This document shows, piece after piece, positions 19,408 through 28,800 of a stretch of 64,000 bases of DNA. Source of the stretch: Polyangiaceae bacterium (GTDB lineage Bacteria > Myxococcota_A > Polyangia > Polyangiales > Polyangiaceae); NCBI GenBank assembly GCA_044376115.1, contig JBILLK010000004.1, forward strand, positions 288,001 through 352,000, given 5' to 3'. Below the pieces are notes generated by a model that did not search any database, was not told the origin of the DNA, and saw only the letters and a program-made list of their open reading frames with translations. Every line of letters begins with the position of its first letter. The stretch's first letter is position 1. Both the position numbers and the translations under genes were made by a program.

Positions 19408-20256
19408 ATGGGCTTGGATCCGAGCACTGTCGAATGGAAGAGCAAAGAGCACCGTCTGGCCTATGACTGGCGGACGCTTGCGACTTACGCGCTAGGTGTG
19501 GGCGCCAAGCGGGAGGAGCTGCCGTTCCTCTACGAGAAGACGCCAGACGGGATGAAGGTCCTGCCAAGCTTTGCTGTCGTTCCGGCCCATGAGGCCGTAC
19601 TGGAGTGTCTCGTCCACACCGGCGGCGACCTAGCGATGGTGGTGCATGGCGGCCAAGTCGTTAAGGCTCACCGCCCGATCGCTGCCGAAGGCACACTCGA
19701 AACGACGGCATCGATTCGCGCGATTTACGACTTGAAGAAGTTCGCCCAAGTCGTCGTGGATTCGCGAACGACCCAAGCGGGCGAGCTCGTATTCGAGACC
19801 ACCTGGTCGATCATTTTCCGTGGCGCCGGTGGCTTCAGTGGGCCCCGACCTCCTGCCGACCCCGGCCCGGCAGTCCCCAAGGACCGAGTGGCGACCTTTC
19901 GACGCGAGGAGAGGACCTCTCCAGAGCAGGCGCTGCTGTATCGAATCTCGGGAGACGTGAACCCGCTTCACGCAGACCCCGCTTTCGCGGCCAGCGTAGG
20001 TTTTGAGCAGGGGCCCATCCTGCACGGGCTTGCGACCTTCGGCTTTCTAACGCGAGCGGTGGTACTAGGCCCCTGCGGCGGCGACCCCGGAAAGTTGCGC
20101 AAGATCGCCGCGCAGTTCCGTAAGCCCGTGTGGCCAGGGGAGACGTTGGTCACGAGTGGCTGGGACCTTGGTGGCGGAAAGTATGTGCTCACCACCGAGG
20201 TGCAAGAGCGCAACGAGACCGTCCTAGCCAACACCTACGCTGAGATATCCAACTAA
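19408..20256 (+). CDS. MaoC/MFE-2 type (R)-enoyl-CoA hydratase, double hot-dog fold
   Basis: YALGVG, VVHGGQ, YRISGDVNPLHADP, PILHGL, PVWPGETL. Confidence 0.9.
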   Translation: MGLDPSTVEWKSKEHRLAYDWRTLATYALGVGAKREELPFLYEKTPDGMKVLPSFAVVPAHEAVLECLVHTGGDLAMVVHGGQVVKAHRPIAAEGTLETTASIRAIYDLKKFAQVVVDSRTTQAGELVFETTWSIIFRGAGGFSGPRPPADPGPAVPKDRVATFRREERTSPEQALLYRISGDVNPLHADPAFAASVGFEQGPILHGLATFGFLTRAVVLGPCGGDPGKLRKIAAQFRKPVWPGETLVTSGWDLGGGKYVLTTEVQERNETVLANTYAEISN

Positions 20257-20307
20257 CTTATTGAGGCATTCGCCTCGCTTTCGTTCGCACAGGGAGACGA
20301 AGACCAG

Positions 20308-21102
20308 ATGGCTAGACAAGCCGATGCCGCGAGCAAACCAAGCGCCTCGAAATCCAAGCCCGTGAAGTCCTCAGAGGAGGAGGCCAAGAAGCGCGCAGCC
20401 CTCGAGGCTGAGGAGGAAGAGGACGAGTTCGAAGAGGGAGACGAGGAGGAGGACGAAGAAGACGAGGAAGACGTTGAAGACGCGCCTCGCCCAATCGCAG
20501 CCAGCTCCAAACGTCCTGAAGCGGCAGAAGATCCGAGCTGGTGGTTGCCTCACGCAATCCTCGGAACGCTGGTGATGGTGGGCGTGCTCGGCTTCTTCGG
20601 TCTGTTCACCAACTTGCTCGGTCCAACCTGGGCCAAGGTCAAACGAACCCCAGCCGCAAGTTCGTCAGCAGCGCCGAGCGCTAGCGCGGCTGCAGCGCCA
20701 ACTCCGAAGTCGGCAGCGCCAGCAGCCCCCACGGCGGCTCCGAGGCCTTCTGCCGTTGCGAAGCCGTCCGCCGTGGACCCCAACCCGACTTTTGGCGCAC
20801 GCCGCATCCTAGTCGCCTACAAGGGCGCAAAGAACTCGCAGGCAACCCGCACCAAGGAGGAAGCCAAAGCGCGAGCCGAAGCGGCGGCCAAGAAGCTCAG
20901 CAGCGGCGCCAAGTTTGAGGAGGTCGCGGCAGAGTTCTCCGACGACGCGGGCTCCAAATCAACGGGCGGCAACCTTGGTCGCTTCAAACGAGATGCCTAC
21001 GACGCGAGCCTGACGCAAACGGTCGAGAAGCTTCAGGTCGGCGGAACCAGCGCGGTGTTCGAGTCTCCGTTCGGTTTTGAATTGGTCACGCGCACGGAGT
21101 AG
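20308..21102 (+). CDS. Membrane-anchored parvulin-type peptidyl-prolyl isomerase
   Basis: ARRILV, FEEVAAEFSDD..GGNLG.F, ESPFGFEL; acidic N-terminus plus TM. Confidence 0.85.
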   Translation: MARQADAASKPSASKSKPVKSSEEEAKKRAALEAEEEEDEFEEGDEEEDEEDEEDVEDAPRPIAASSKRPEAAEDPSWWLPHAILGTLVMVGVLGFFGLFTNLLGPTWAKVKRTPAASSSAAPSASAAAAPTPKSAAPAAPTAAPRPSAVAKPSAVDPNPTFGARRILVAYKGAKNSQATRTKEEAKARAEAAAKKLSSGAKFEEVAAEFSDDAGSKSTGGNLGRFKRDAYDASLTQTVEKLQVGGTSAVFESPFGFELVTRTE

Positions 21103-21123
21103 CTGGCGCAGCTGCGGCCGCTC

Positions 21124-21159
21124 AATGGCTGGAGGAGGGCTTGCCCTCCTTCAGCCATT
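21124..21159. terminator. Hairpin between convergent genes, probable bidirectional terminator
   Basis: aatggctggaggagggc-tt-gccctccttcagccatt, one G-U pair, short T run after. Confidence 0.7.
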
Positions 21160-21201
21160 TTGCTTCATAGACCAAGCGCGGCCATCACCGTCAATCGCGT
21201 C

Positions 21202-22287
21202 TCAGCGCAACAGGCCAGCTGCCTTCTCGGCTTTCTCGGCCAGCGTCAGCGACACCTTCGCGCGCTCCTCCGCGGTAGCCCCAGCGCGAAGGACCCGAGG
21301 TTCATCCTGCACCACGATCAGCATGGCGCCCTTTCGAACCGCCAAAGCCTCCACCTCTACGTCGCCGTCCTTGAACACGCCACTCAGCACCTCGTCAGCG
21401 CCGGAAACGGTCGGGCCTTCGTTTGGTTTGATCGCGCCGCCAAACTTCTTCAGCCAACGTTGGGAAGCTTCGGCCGTATCGCTCAACCGAGCGAAGCGAA
21501 ACCGCCTTCCGCGATCGCTGTAGTAGCGCATCCCGAAGCGGCCGGGCCCCTTGGCAAACGGGAACGCGTCCTCCAAGACCAGGCGAAAGCCGCTTGGGAC
21601 CTGGTCCTTGGATGGCAACAGCTTCACGTCATCCGGCCACTCCGTGTCGGCCTTTACGCGCTCAGCGATGTTCTTGGTGAGCTCCGGAACAATCGCAGCA
21701 GCGGCCTTCGCCAAGGCATCTGGGGCGGCCTTATCGTCGTTGTAGACGATCTCGAATAGCCATTCGCCTTGCCAAAGATAGGCGTTCCCCGTGCCGACCG
21801 CAGCCGCACCTTGAACGGCAAGAGGCTGTGCCGTGGCGTCATCAGCCGGGTCACCATCCCCTGTGACTCTCTTCGTGAACATCGCGAAGGCAAACTCCTT
21901 CGATGCAAACTTCGACACGAGGAGATCAATGGTCGCTGGGGACGTGGTCGACACATAACGAAACTGCGTGACGCGTCGAACCTGGTGACGGTGGTAAACC
22001 TCCGCTTCGCCGTCGAAGAAATCAGAGAGGTTTTCAAGACGCTCCTTCGTCCCCTCGCCCACCGCTCGCCCGCCGTCTTCGTCGAGGCAAAACGACCCCA
22101 CCTTGGCAGGGAAGAACCCTTTCGTCACTGGGTCCGAAATCTCGCCGCGCGAACAGGCGGACGCCGCAGACGCGGAGCCTGCCGGAGGGGGAGGCGGTGC
22201 CCTTCGATCGGCGCTAGGCGCGCTCTCGCTCGAGCAGGCTGCGTGGAGCGAGACCAGAAGGAACCCACAACAAGCTGTGCGTCGCAT
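21202..22287 (-). CDS. Lipoprotein, DUF6599-like
   Basis: Lipobox AAC; LSDFFDGEAEVY and AFAMF motifs recalled for this family. Confidence 0.6.
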   Translation of the reverse strand: MRRTACCGFLLVSLHAACSSESAPSADRRAPPPPPAGSASAASACSRGEISDPVTKGFFPAKVGSFCLDEDGGRAVGEGTKERLENLSDFFDGEAEVYHRHQVRRVTQFRYVSTTSPATIDLLVSKFASKEFAFAMFTKRVTGDGDPADDATAQPLAVQGAAAVGTGNAYLWQGEWLFEIVYNDDKAAPDALAKAAAAIVPELTKNIAERVKADTEWPDDVKLLPSKDQVPSGFRLVLEDAFPFAKGPGRFGMRYYSDRGRRFRFARLSDTAEASQRWLKKFGGAIKPNEGPTVSGADEVLSGVFKDGDVEVEALAVRKGAMLIVVQDEPRVLRAGATAEERAKVSLTLAEKAEKAAGLLR

Positions 22288-22509
22288 ACCGCCCTGCTAG
22301 TGCGACGGCGTCCTCCAAACAATCCCCCAGAGTCGGTTGCAACAATTTGCGTAGTCACGCAAAAGACTGCGGTAGGTCTTCAGCCAACGATGAGCACGGC
22401 CGCCGAGTAGAGGGACACACTACCCTCCGATTGCGCGGCCCAGAACATATTCTGGCATTCTGACACTGCATTCTGGCCCAGAAGACATCCATCGACCGAT
22501 AGGTTTGCT

Positions 22510-22525
22510 AGGCACAGGCTGTGCA
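22510..22525 (+). promoter_or_regulatory. Putative sigma54 promoter of minor pilin operon
   Basis: aGGCACaggctgtGCa: GG-N10-GC at 22511-22524. Confidence 0.6.
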
Positions 22526-22536
22526 GGGGCGGTTGC

Positions 22537-23157
22537 ATGTCGCCACCCTCCCCGTCGCCTTCACGCTCGCCTAGGCGGTCCGCCAGACCTGGGTTCACGT
22601 TGGCCAGACCTGGGTTCACGTTGATCGAGATGATGGCGGTGGTGACCATCATCGCGATCTGCGCCGGCTTGGCTGCTCCCTCGGTGAGCCGCATTTTGGA
22701 CGACCGTCGCGGCCAGACCGACACCGTTTCGGTGCTCAGCATCATGCAAAGCTCGCGCTCGAGAGCGTTCGGCCGTGGGGGTGCCGTAAGCGTAACGTGG
22801 AACTCCGTAAACCTCTTGGTGGACGATCACATGCAAGACGTTGACGGAACCGGAGGGGTCGACACTCCATCCCCCAATTGCGCCGCCGCCACATCGCGCG
22901 TGAGCCACTGGCTTCCCGACATCGGACCTGCAGAGGTCGTCGTGAATGCCAACAGTCAGATCGGGCTTGGGACGGGCGCGGTTGGTCAGATTGAGCTGTG
23001 CTTCACACCCAAGGGAAGCACCTTCATCCGCACCGGCACCAACCCGTTCGTGCGTCAGACCAACACGATCCGTTTCGACGTTGGTGGTGGCGCGAGCAAT
23101 GCGAAGCTGCGAACGGTGGAGGTTCTCCCCGGCGGACTTGCGAGGATGCCGAAATGA
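22537..23157 (+). CDS. FimU/FimT-like minor pilin
   Basis: G/FTLIEMMAVVTIIAICAGLAAPS class III signal; LCFTPKG motif; first gene of operon. Confidence 0.85.
   Translation: MSPPSPSPSRSPRRSARPGFTLARPGFTLIEMMAVVTIIAICAGLAAPSVSRILDDRRGQTDTVSVLSIMQSSRSRAFGRGGAVSVTWNSVNLLVDDHMQDVDGTGGVDTPSPNCAAATSRVSHWLPDIGPAEVVVNANSQIGLGTGAVGQIELCFTPKGSTFIRTGTNPFVRQTNTIRFDVGGGASNAKLRTVEVLPGGLARMPK
22582..22623 (+). repeat. Perfect 21-bp tandem duplication over the prepilin cleavage site
   Basis: gccagacctgggttcacgttg x2 (ARPGFTL ARPGFTL). Confidence 0.95.
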
Positions 23158-23795
23158 AAACGCGTTTGAAGTGGACCAACATCGCCGATGCGAATCGGCA
23201 GCAACCTCGGCTCGGTTACACGATGATTGAGGTAATGATGGGGATGGCGGTCTTGGCCGTGGGAGCCACTGGCATCGTCGCCCTCCAGAAAACCGCAGCC
23301 TTGGGAACGCTAACCAGTCGCAACCTCACCAACGCGACCAGCATTTCGCGTTCTGTAATCGAAATGGCTGAGAGTGAAGCTGGGACTTGGACCAGCAACA
23401 CTGGAGCAGGCCTTCCGACGGGCAACTGGCTTGGTACCGCACTAGCGAGTCCAGGCGCTTGGGTTCGACCAAACCTGTCTGGGTACTCGCTGGACCTCGA
23501 GACGCTGGACGTAACCGCTCCTGCACTGCCGATCGGCTACTGCACTCACGTCCGCGCAACCTGGCTCGGGAACCCAACACCTGGGCCTGGCAACACCGGC
23601 GCAACCGCGGTTCGACTCGAGGTGCGCACGCTGTTCTCGCGAGCGCCACGGGACGTCGACGATGAGTGCGCCGCTGCTCCAACCACGGTGACTACGCTCT
23701 TCGGCGGAACGAATCAGACCTTCGGAGGGGTAGCGCGCAACGAGAACGAGTACGGGTTGGTGCAGCTCACCACGGTGATCCGGAGGAACCAATGA
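23154..23795 (+). CDS. pilV: PilV-like minor pilin
   Basis: G/YTMIEVMMGMAVLAVGATGIVALQ; ATGA overlap; position in operon. Confidence 0.8.
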   Translation: MKTRLKWTNIADANRQQPRLGYTMIEVMMGMAVLAVGATGIVALQKTAALGTLTSRNLTNATSISRSVIEMAESEAGTWTSNTGAGLPTGNWLGTALASPGAWVRPNLSGYSLDLETLDVTAPALPIGYCTHVRATWLGNPTPGPGNTGATAVRLEVRTLFSRAPRDVDDECAAAPTTVTTLFGGTNQTFGGVARNENEYGLVQLTTVIRRNQ

Positions 23796-25087
23796 GACTG
23801 CACCTCAGGCGTGGTTTCACAGCGGTTGAGTTCATGGTGGCCGTCACGGCGGGCCTCGCCGTGTCTGTCGCTGCCTACACGCTTTCGAAGAGTTCGGTCG
23901 AAGTCTTTCAACAAGAAGCAAGACTCAACGCGGCTCAGTTCTCGAGCATGATGGGGATGAACCGGCTCTCGGCAGACATCAAGCGGGCGGGGTTTCAGAC
24001 CACTCCCGAGGTGGCTGAGGACCCGAACGTCTGCGTCATACCTCCCGATAACAACTTCCCTGATCCGAATTTGTTAGTCGCTGCTCGCGTGATTGAGGGT
24101 GGCCCGTTCAACGCCAACGTCGCCTACACGGGGAACTACGCAGCGTTACCGGGAGCTTTTGGGTCAGCCAACAACAAGCGGTCTCCGGATCGGCTTCGAC
24201 TTTCGGCGAACTTCGGCGCGTCGTCTAGCTTCCGAATCTCGCGGATGGAGAACGACTTCGTCTGGCTCGACATCGACCAGCTCTCCGTTCAGCGCATCTA
24301 CCAGGCTGCACAATCTGGCGGCTTCGGAATTTGCTCTGCCTTCGAAGGGTTGCCGGTTCCCGACAACACAGGTGCCCAAGCAGCGCCAGGGGGTCAGCCC
24401 GCGGTGCGACTCGTCGACAACGCCGGTCGGTCTCGCTTTGCGTTGATCACTGCCTGCGCCTCCACCGACGGCGGCGCGACGAACAACTATGCGTCGGTGA
24501 TGTTGACGCTCCAAGACACTCCCGAGGGGCCAGGCTGCACGGCGATGGACGTCACAAGTCCTGGCTACGTAAACCCGGTTCAGTTCGTCGACTATGCTTT
24601 GTTCGGTGCGCAAGACGTGGCAGCAAACGCCGCGACCATCGGGCTGCCTGCGCCCATTGGGACGATGGCCGGGGAAGACGCTGCGCTCGAACCAATCACT
24701 GGCGCGAACTCGCGGGCCTTCCTTGTACGTCGGGAGCTCGATGGTCGCGGGAACCTAGTGCCAGCGAGTGCCGAAGTTGTCGCTGACTTCGTTGTCGATC
24801 TCAACTTCAGCGCAAGGCGGCGGGTGGGAGCAGGGGTTCAACCCGTCCCCTTCGATGGGCTCGCGGGGATTCCACCGAATGAGATTCGAAGTCTTGGTAT
24901 TCGGCTTTCAACGCGCGCGCGCAATCCTGACCGCGCCGTTGGACAGGCTGCTGTGCCGGATTCGGACCAGACCCTTACGCGCTTCGATGTTTTCGCGGGT
25001 GTATCAAACACGCGAGAGCGTTGGGCCCGAGTGCGGACGATGTTCAGCGAAGTTTCGCTTCCCAACCTTCAAGGCGACGCGTTCTGA
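23792..25087 (+). CDS. pilW: PilW-like minor pilin
   Basis: G/FTAVEFMVA; LSADIKRAGF motif; C-terminal VSLPNL. Confidence 0.82.
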   Translation: MRLHLRRGFTAVEFMVAVTAGLAVSVAAYTLSKSSVEVFQQEARLNAAQFSSMMGMNRLSADIKRAGFQTTPEVAEDPNVCVIPPDNNFPDPNLLVAARVIEGGPFNANVAYTGNYAALPGAFGSANNKRSPDRLRLSANFGASSSFRISRMENDFVWLDIDQLSVQRIYQAAQSGGFGICSAFEGLPVPDNTGAQAAPGGQPAVRLVDNAGRSRFALITACASTDGGATNNYASVMLTLQDTPEGPGCTAMDVTSPGYVNPVQFVDYALFGAQDVAANAATIGLPAPIGTMAGEDAALEPITGANSRAFLVRRELDGRGNLVPASAEVVADFVVDLNFSARRRVGAGVQPVPFDGLAGIPPNEIRSLGIRLSTRARNPDRAVGQAAVPDSDQTLTRFDVFAGVSNTRERWARVRTMFSEVSLPNLQGDAF

Positions 25088-25093
25088 GGAAAG

Positions 25094-25801
25094 ATGAAAC
25101 ACTCCTACAAGTTCAGAGTTCGTAGTCGTCGTAGCCAACATCGTCGTGGCATCACTGTGCTAGTGGTGTTGCTCGTGATCGCGATGCTCACGGCCGTCGG
25201 GATGATCGCAACTCGCTCGTCGCAGCTCGGCGTCGTGAACTCGGGTCGCTATCGCGAGATGACGCAGACCCATTACGTCGCAGAGGCTGGTATCCAGGGC
25301 GTCGTTGCGGAGGTGGCCAAGAATCCTGGCCACTGGGTACAGCAGCTGGAGCAGGTCAACGGGCTTGCCAGTGGTAGCGGGGTGCGCGTTTGCAAGGACC
25401 TCCCCTCGGCCTCACCGGTCTCGACGTCCTGCCTGAAGCTGGGCTACCAGTTCGTTGAAGAAGCGTACCTACGTGAGAGCTTTGGTGTTGCCTCGGCAAC
25501 CCCAACGCAAGCGCTGTTTCTTCCGAAAAACGGGTCAAATCCCGGCAGCTTCGGGAACGCCGACATCCACGGGAACTTCGGGGTTGAGCTTACGGATCCG
25601 CGCGAGCTTTACCCGCCGCCTGCTGGGTTCGCGGCCAGCACTGGCGCCGGTGGCCCGGCTACCGTTCGGTTCGTCTCGGTTTCAATGCGAGCGGTTGGGC
25701 AAATCGCGCCCAACACGACCTTGAATGATGCAACAACGAAGTACATGCAGAGCGTAGAGACGCTTCGCGCAGAAGTTGTGTTTGGGCCCGTGCCTCGATG
25801 A
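25094..25801 (+). CDS. pilX: PilX-like minor pilin
   Basis: RG/ITVLVVLLVIAMLT lacking Glu5; YVAEAGIQ motif. Confidence 0.85.
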   Translation: MKHSYKFRVRSRRSQHRRGITVLVVLLVIAMLTAVGMIATRSSQLGVVNSGRYREMTQTHYVAEAGIQGVVAEVAKNPGHWVQQLEQVNGLASGSGVRVCKDLPSASPVSTSCLKLGYQFVEEAYLRESFGVASATPTQALFLPKNGSNPGSFGNADIHGNFGVELTDPRELYPPPAGFAASTGAGGPATVRFVSVSMRAVGQIAPNTTLNDATTKYMQSVETLRAEVVFGPVPR

Positions 25802-25816
25802 TCCGTTGTATCGGGT

Positions 25817-28800
25817 GTGACCTACGCCCGATACCTCCCCCGTCGATTCAGCTTCGTCTCAAGCAAAACTCAATATCTGAGCGTCGGTCTGCTGACGCTC
25901 TTTTGCTTTCCATCGGAAGCGCGAGCGCAAGCCACCGACATCAAGGTGAAGAAACCAAACGCCTTGCTGCTACTCGACAACTCGGGCTCGATGGCGGGCG
26001 CCCTGAACGGTGCCTATGCCTACTACTACAAAGGGGGAACAAAAACGCGTTGGACGATCCTGGCTGAGACGCTGACCGGCAGCGTCAACGGGCTCTACGT
26101 GACGAGCGGTGGGCCGTTCATGGAGTCCAACGACTGTCGCCCCTACGCCAACCTCGACAACAAGATACTAACGTCTTTGAACGCTGCGGGTTTCACTGGC
26201 AGCGCTTCGGGGGCGAGCGTCGCCCCGTTCACCTGGCCCACCACGCACGGCAACCCCAAGGACCGCGACGCGGTCGCCTTCTGCAATCCTTACGGGAAGA
26301 CTTGCACCAGCCAAAGCACCTGGAGTTCTGGGCAACTGTGTCGCCAACTACAGCCGGGAGAGACTGACAACGGCAAGGACTTCAGCCAGGTTGCCGACGG
26401 GCTGCTTGACGTTTACCGAGACCGCATCCGGTTTGGCGTTGCGTCCTTCGACACGATGGACAACATCCCCGATGGCAACCCCGGCGAGCACAAGCAGTCG
26501 AGCCTTCGTGGACGTGCGCTTGGTGCAAACGGCAATGTCGGTTGCAACGCGGCGATCGACCCTGGAGGAGACTGTTGGGGAACCGTTGGTTGCCAGAACG
26601 CGATCGACGGGAGTCAGTGCTTGCTCCGCAAGATCTGGCGCAACGATGGCGCTGGCGACTATCGACCGTCGGCCCCGCAGTGGAGCTACTGGCACTCCGC
26701 TGGCGCGGTTGATACCTGGCTCAATGGTGGTCGCGGGAGCTACAGCACGCTGTCGGTGCTGAGTCAGAATAGCTTTGCCGCAAACGAGCAGTTCGTCGAC
26801 ATCGGCATGCGCAACAGTCGCGCTCACCCCTGGCGCGGTCGGTTGATAGGGTTTGGCCCAGCGGACTGGAAGCTCGACGACAAGCGTCTCTCTGGCGTCG
26901 TCGACTGCATCGACGAGGACTCCTGCACCGCCTTGCACAACGAGATGGTGCAACAGTCGGTGCTCGGCCTCTCGCGCTACCTCGAGTCCACCACTCCCCT
27001 CGCCGCGCTCATGCGTGACGCACACGACTTCATCCTCAATGACACCACCACGCACGGCATTCACCTGCCTCATGAGTATGACGCTGACGTGACCGACTTC
27101 GAAAGCCTCTACGGAACCATCGGTCCACAAACCGACCCGTACTTCAGCAGCGCTGCTTCGTGCCGGAACACCTCCGTCATCCTCGTCACCGACGGCGAGC
27201 CTTGGGAGGACCTCGACGCCAACATGTCGAAGTACGCCGACCTGTTGCATGACGAAGGGGTCAATACCTTCGTCATTGGCGTTGGGATGGACAGCGCACG
27301 TTGGAACCCGCCTGGTAGTGCAACCGTCGCAGACACCATCACCGCCGATTGTTCCAAGCTGACCGTCGCCGACCTGGGCACGGGTCGGATGTGCCAACGA
27401 GACACGATTGGCGGTCGCCGTTGGAAGTATGCCGACGTTGCGCCTTGGAAGAACTCGCCGAAGATCACCCCGGGCGGCATTCGAGCTTGTTGCAATCTGC
27501 TTGAAACAGCGGTGCTAGGAGGGTCGAGCCGTGCGTACTTCCCGAAGAATCAGCTCGAGCTCAAGCAGGAGCTGAACAAGGTCTTCGGCTCAATCTCGGG
27601 CGGAGCGGTATCGCGCACCGTCCCGGTCTTTGGAGGTGTTACGGCGAGCTTCACGGCCAACGCCGGATCATCGGGCGCGCCAGCCGTCTCCTACGAACTC
27701 CGTTCGTCCATGGACGTGTCCGCAGGCGACTCTCTGTGGCGCGGAAACCTGGAGCGCGTCCGCTATGCATGCGACGAGGACGACGCGCCCGTGCTTCAAG
27801 ATCTCGAGGTTTCAGCGGGCGACGTCTTTGCCGAGAACCTCACCAGCACTGCGGTCAGACCACGAAAGTTCTTCACGGTCGTCCCACGCGAAGGCGACGA
27901 GATTGAAGGCAGCTTGCGCGCGCCGAGCGTGAATGCGGCCGACGGGCTTTTCGCAGGTGGCAATGCAGGCGCCTTCGGCCGCTTGGGTGGCGGCGCGCGC
28001 GACAAGCCCCAGGAGTACGCCACGCTGGCTGCTGCTACGGCCTTGGTTTGGCCCACCGGGAACAACGACGCCGAGCACTTGTTTGGACTTTCGAGCAGCG
28101 AGCTTGGAGTCTGCAAAGCGGAGCTCGGTGCAGGCTCGCTAAGCGAGTGCAGCACACGCATCATTCGTTGGTATGCCGGGGACCCCAACCCCGATGGTGG
28201 AGCCATCGCCGCTACGGATCCCGCGCCATCGCGGGCGCCTGGAAGCGCCCAGTGTAGCGGGGATTGCAGCCCGCTCGGTGCGGTCTACCGCTCGGTACCC
28301 ATCTTCGTCCCTCCGCCAAGTGAGTCGGAGAACGACGACCAGAACTTCGGAAAGCGGCGTAGCACAGGCACGCCATCCTTCGTCGAACGCTACCACTCTC
28401 GACCGACGATGCTCTACTCGCAGACCATCGACGGTCAGCTGCATGCGTTTGTCGTAGCCAAGAACGACTATACGGTGGGAGGTGCTTTCTCCTCCGTACC
28501 GGAAGCGGATTCGCTCGAGAATAACGAACTCTGGTCGTTCATTCCGCCGGCGGTAATGCCCCGGCTCTGGGACAACTTCAACTCGCACGCTCGCCTCTTG
28601 GACGGCCAGCTCGCTTGGGGAAACGTCGTTTATGATCGCGAGCTGGGCGCCGACGCAGGTGACGACCCAACGAAGATTACGAGCTGGGAGTATCAGACGG
28701 TGGTGGTGGGCTGTAGCGGCGTCTCCGTTGGAGGGAGCTTCTGCTACGCGCTCGAGGTAACCGATCCCACTTCGCCCAAGTTCTTGTGGCAGCTGCGCAG

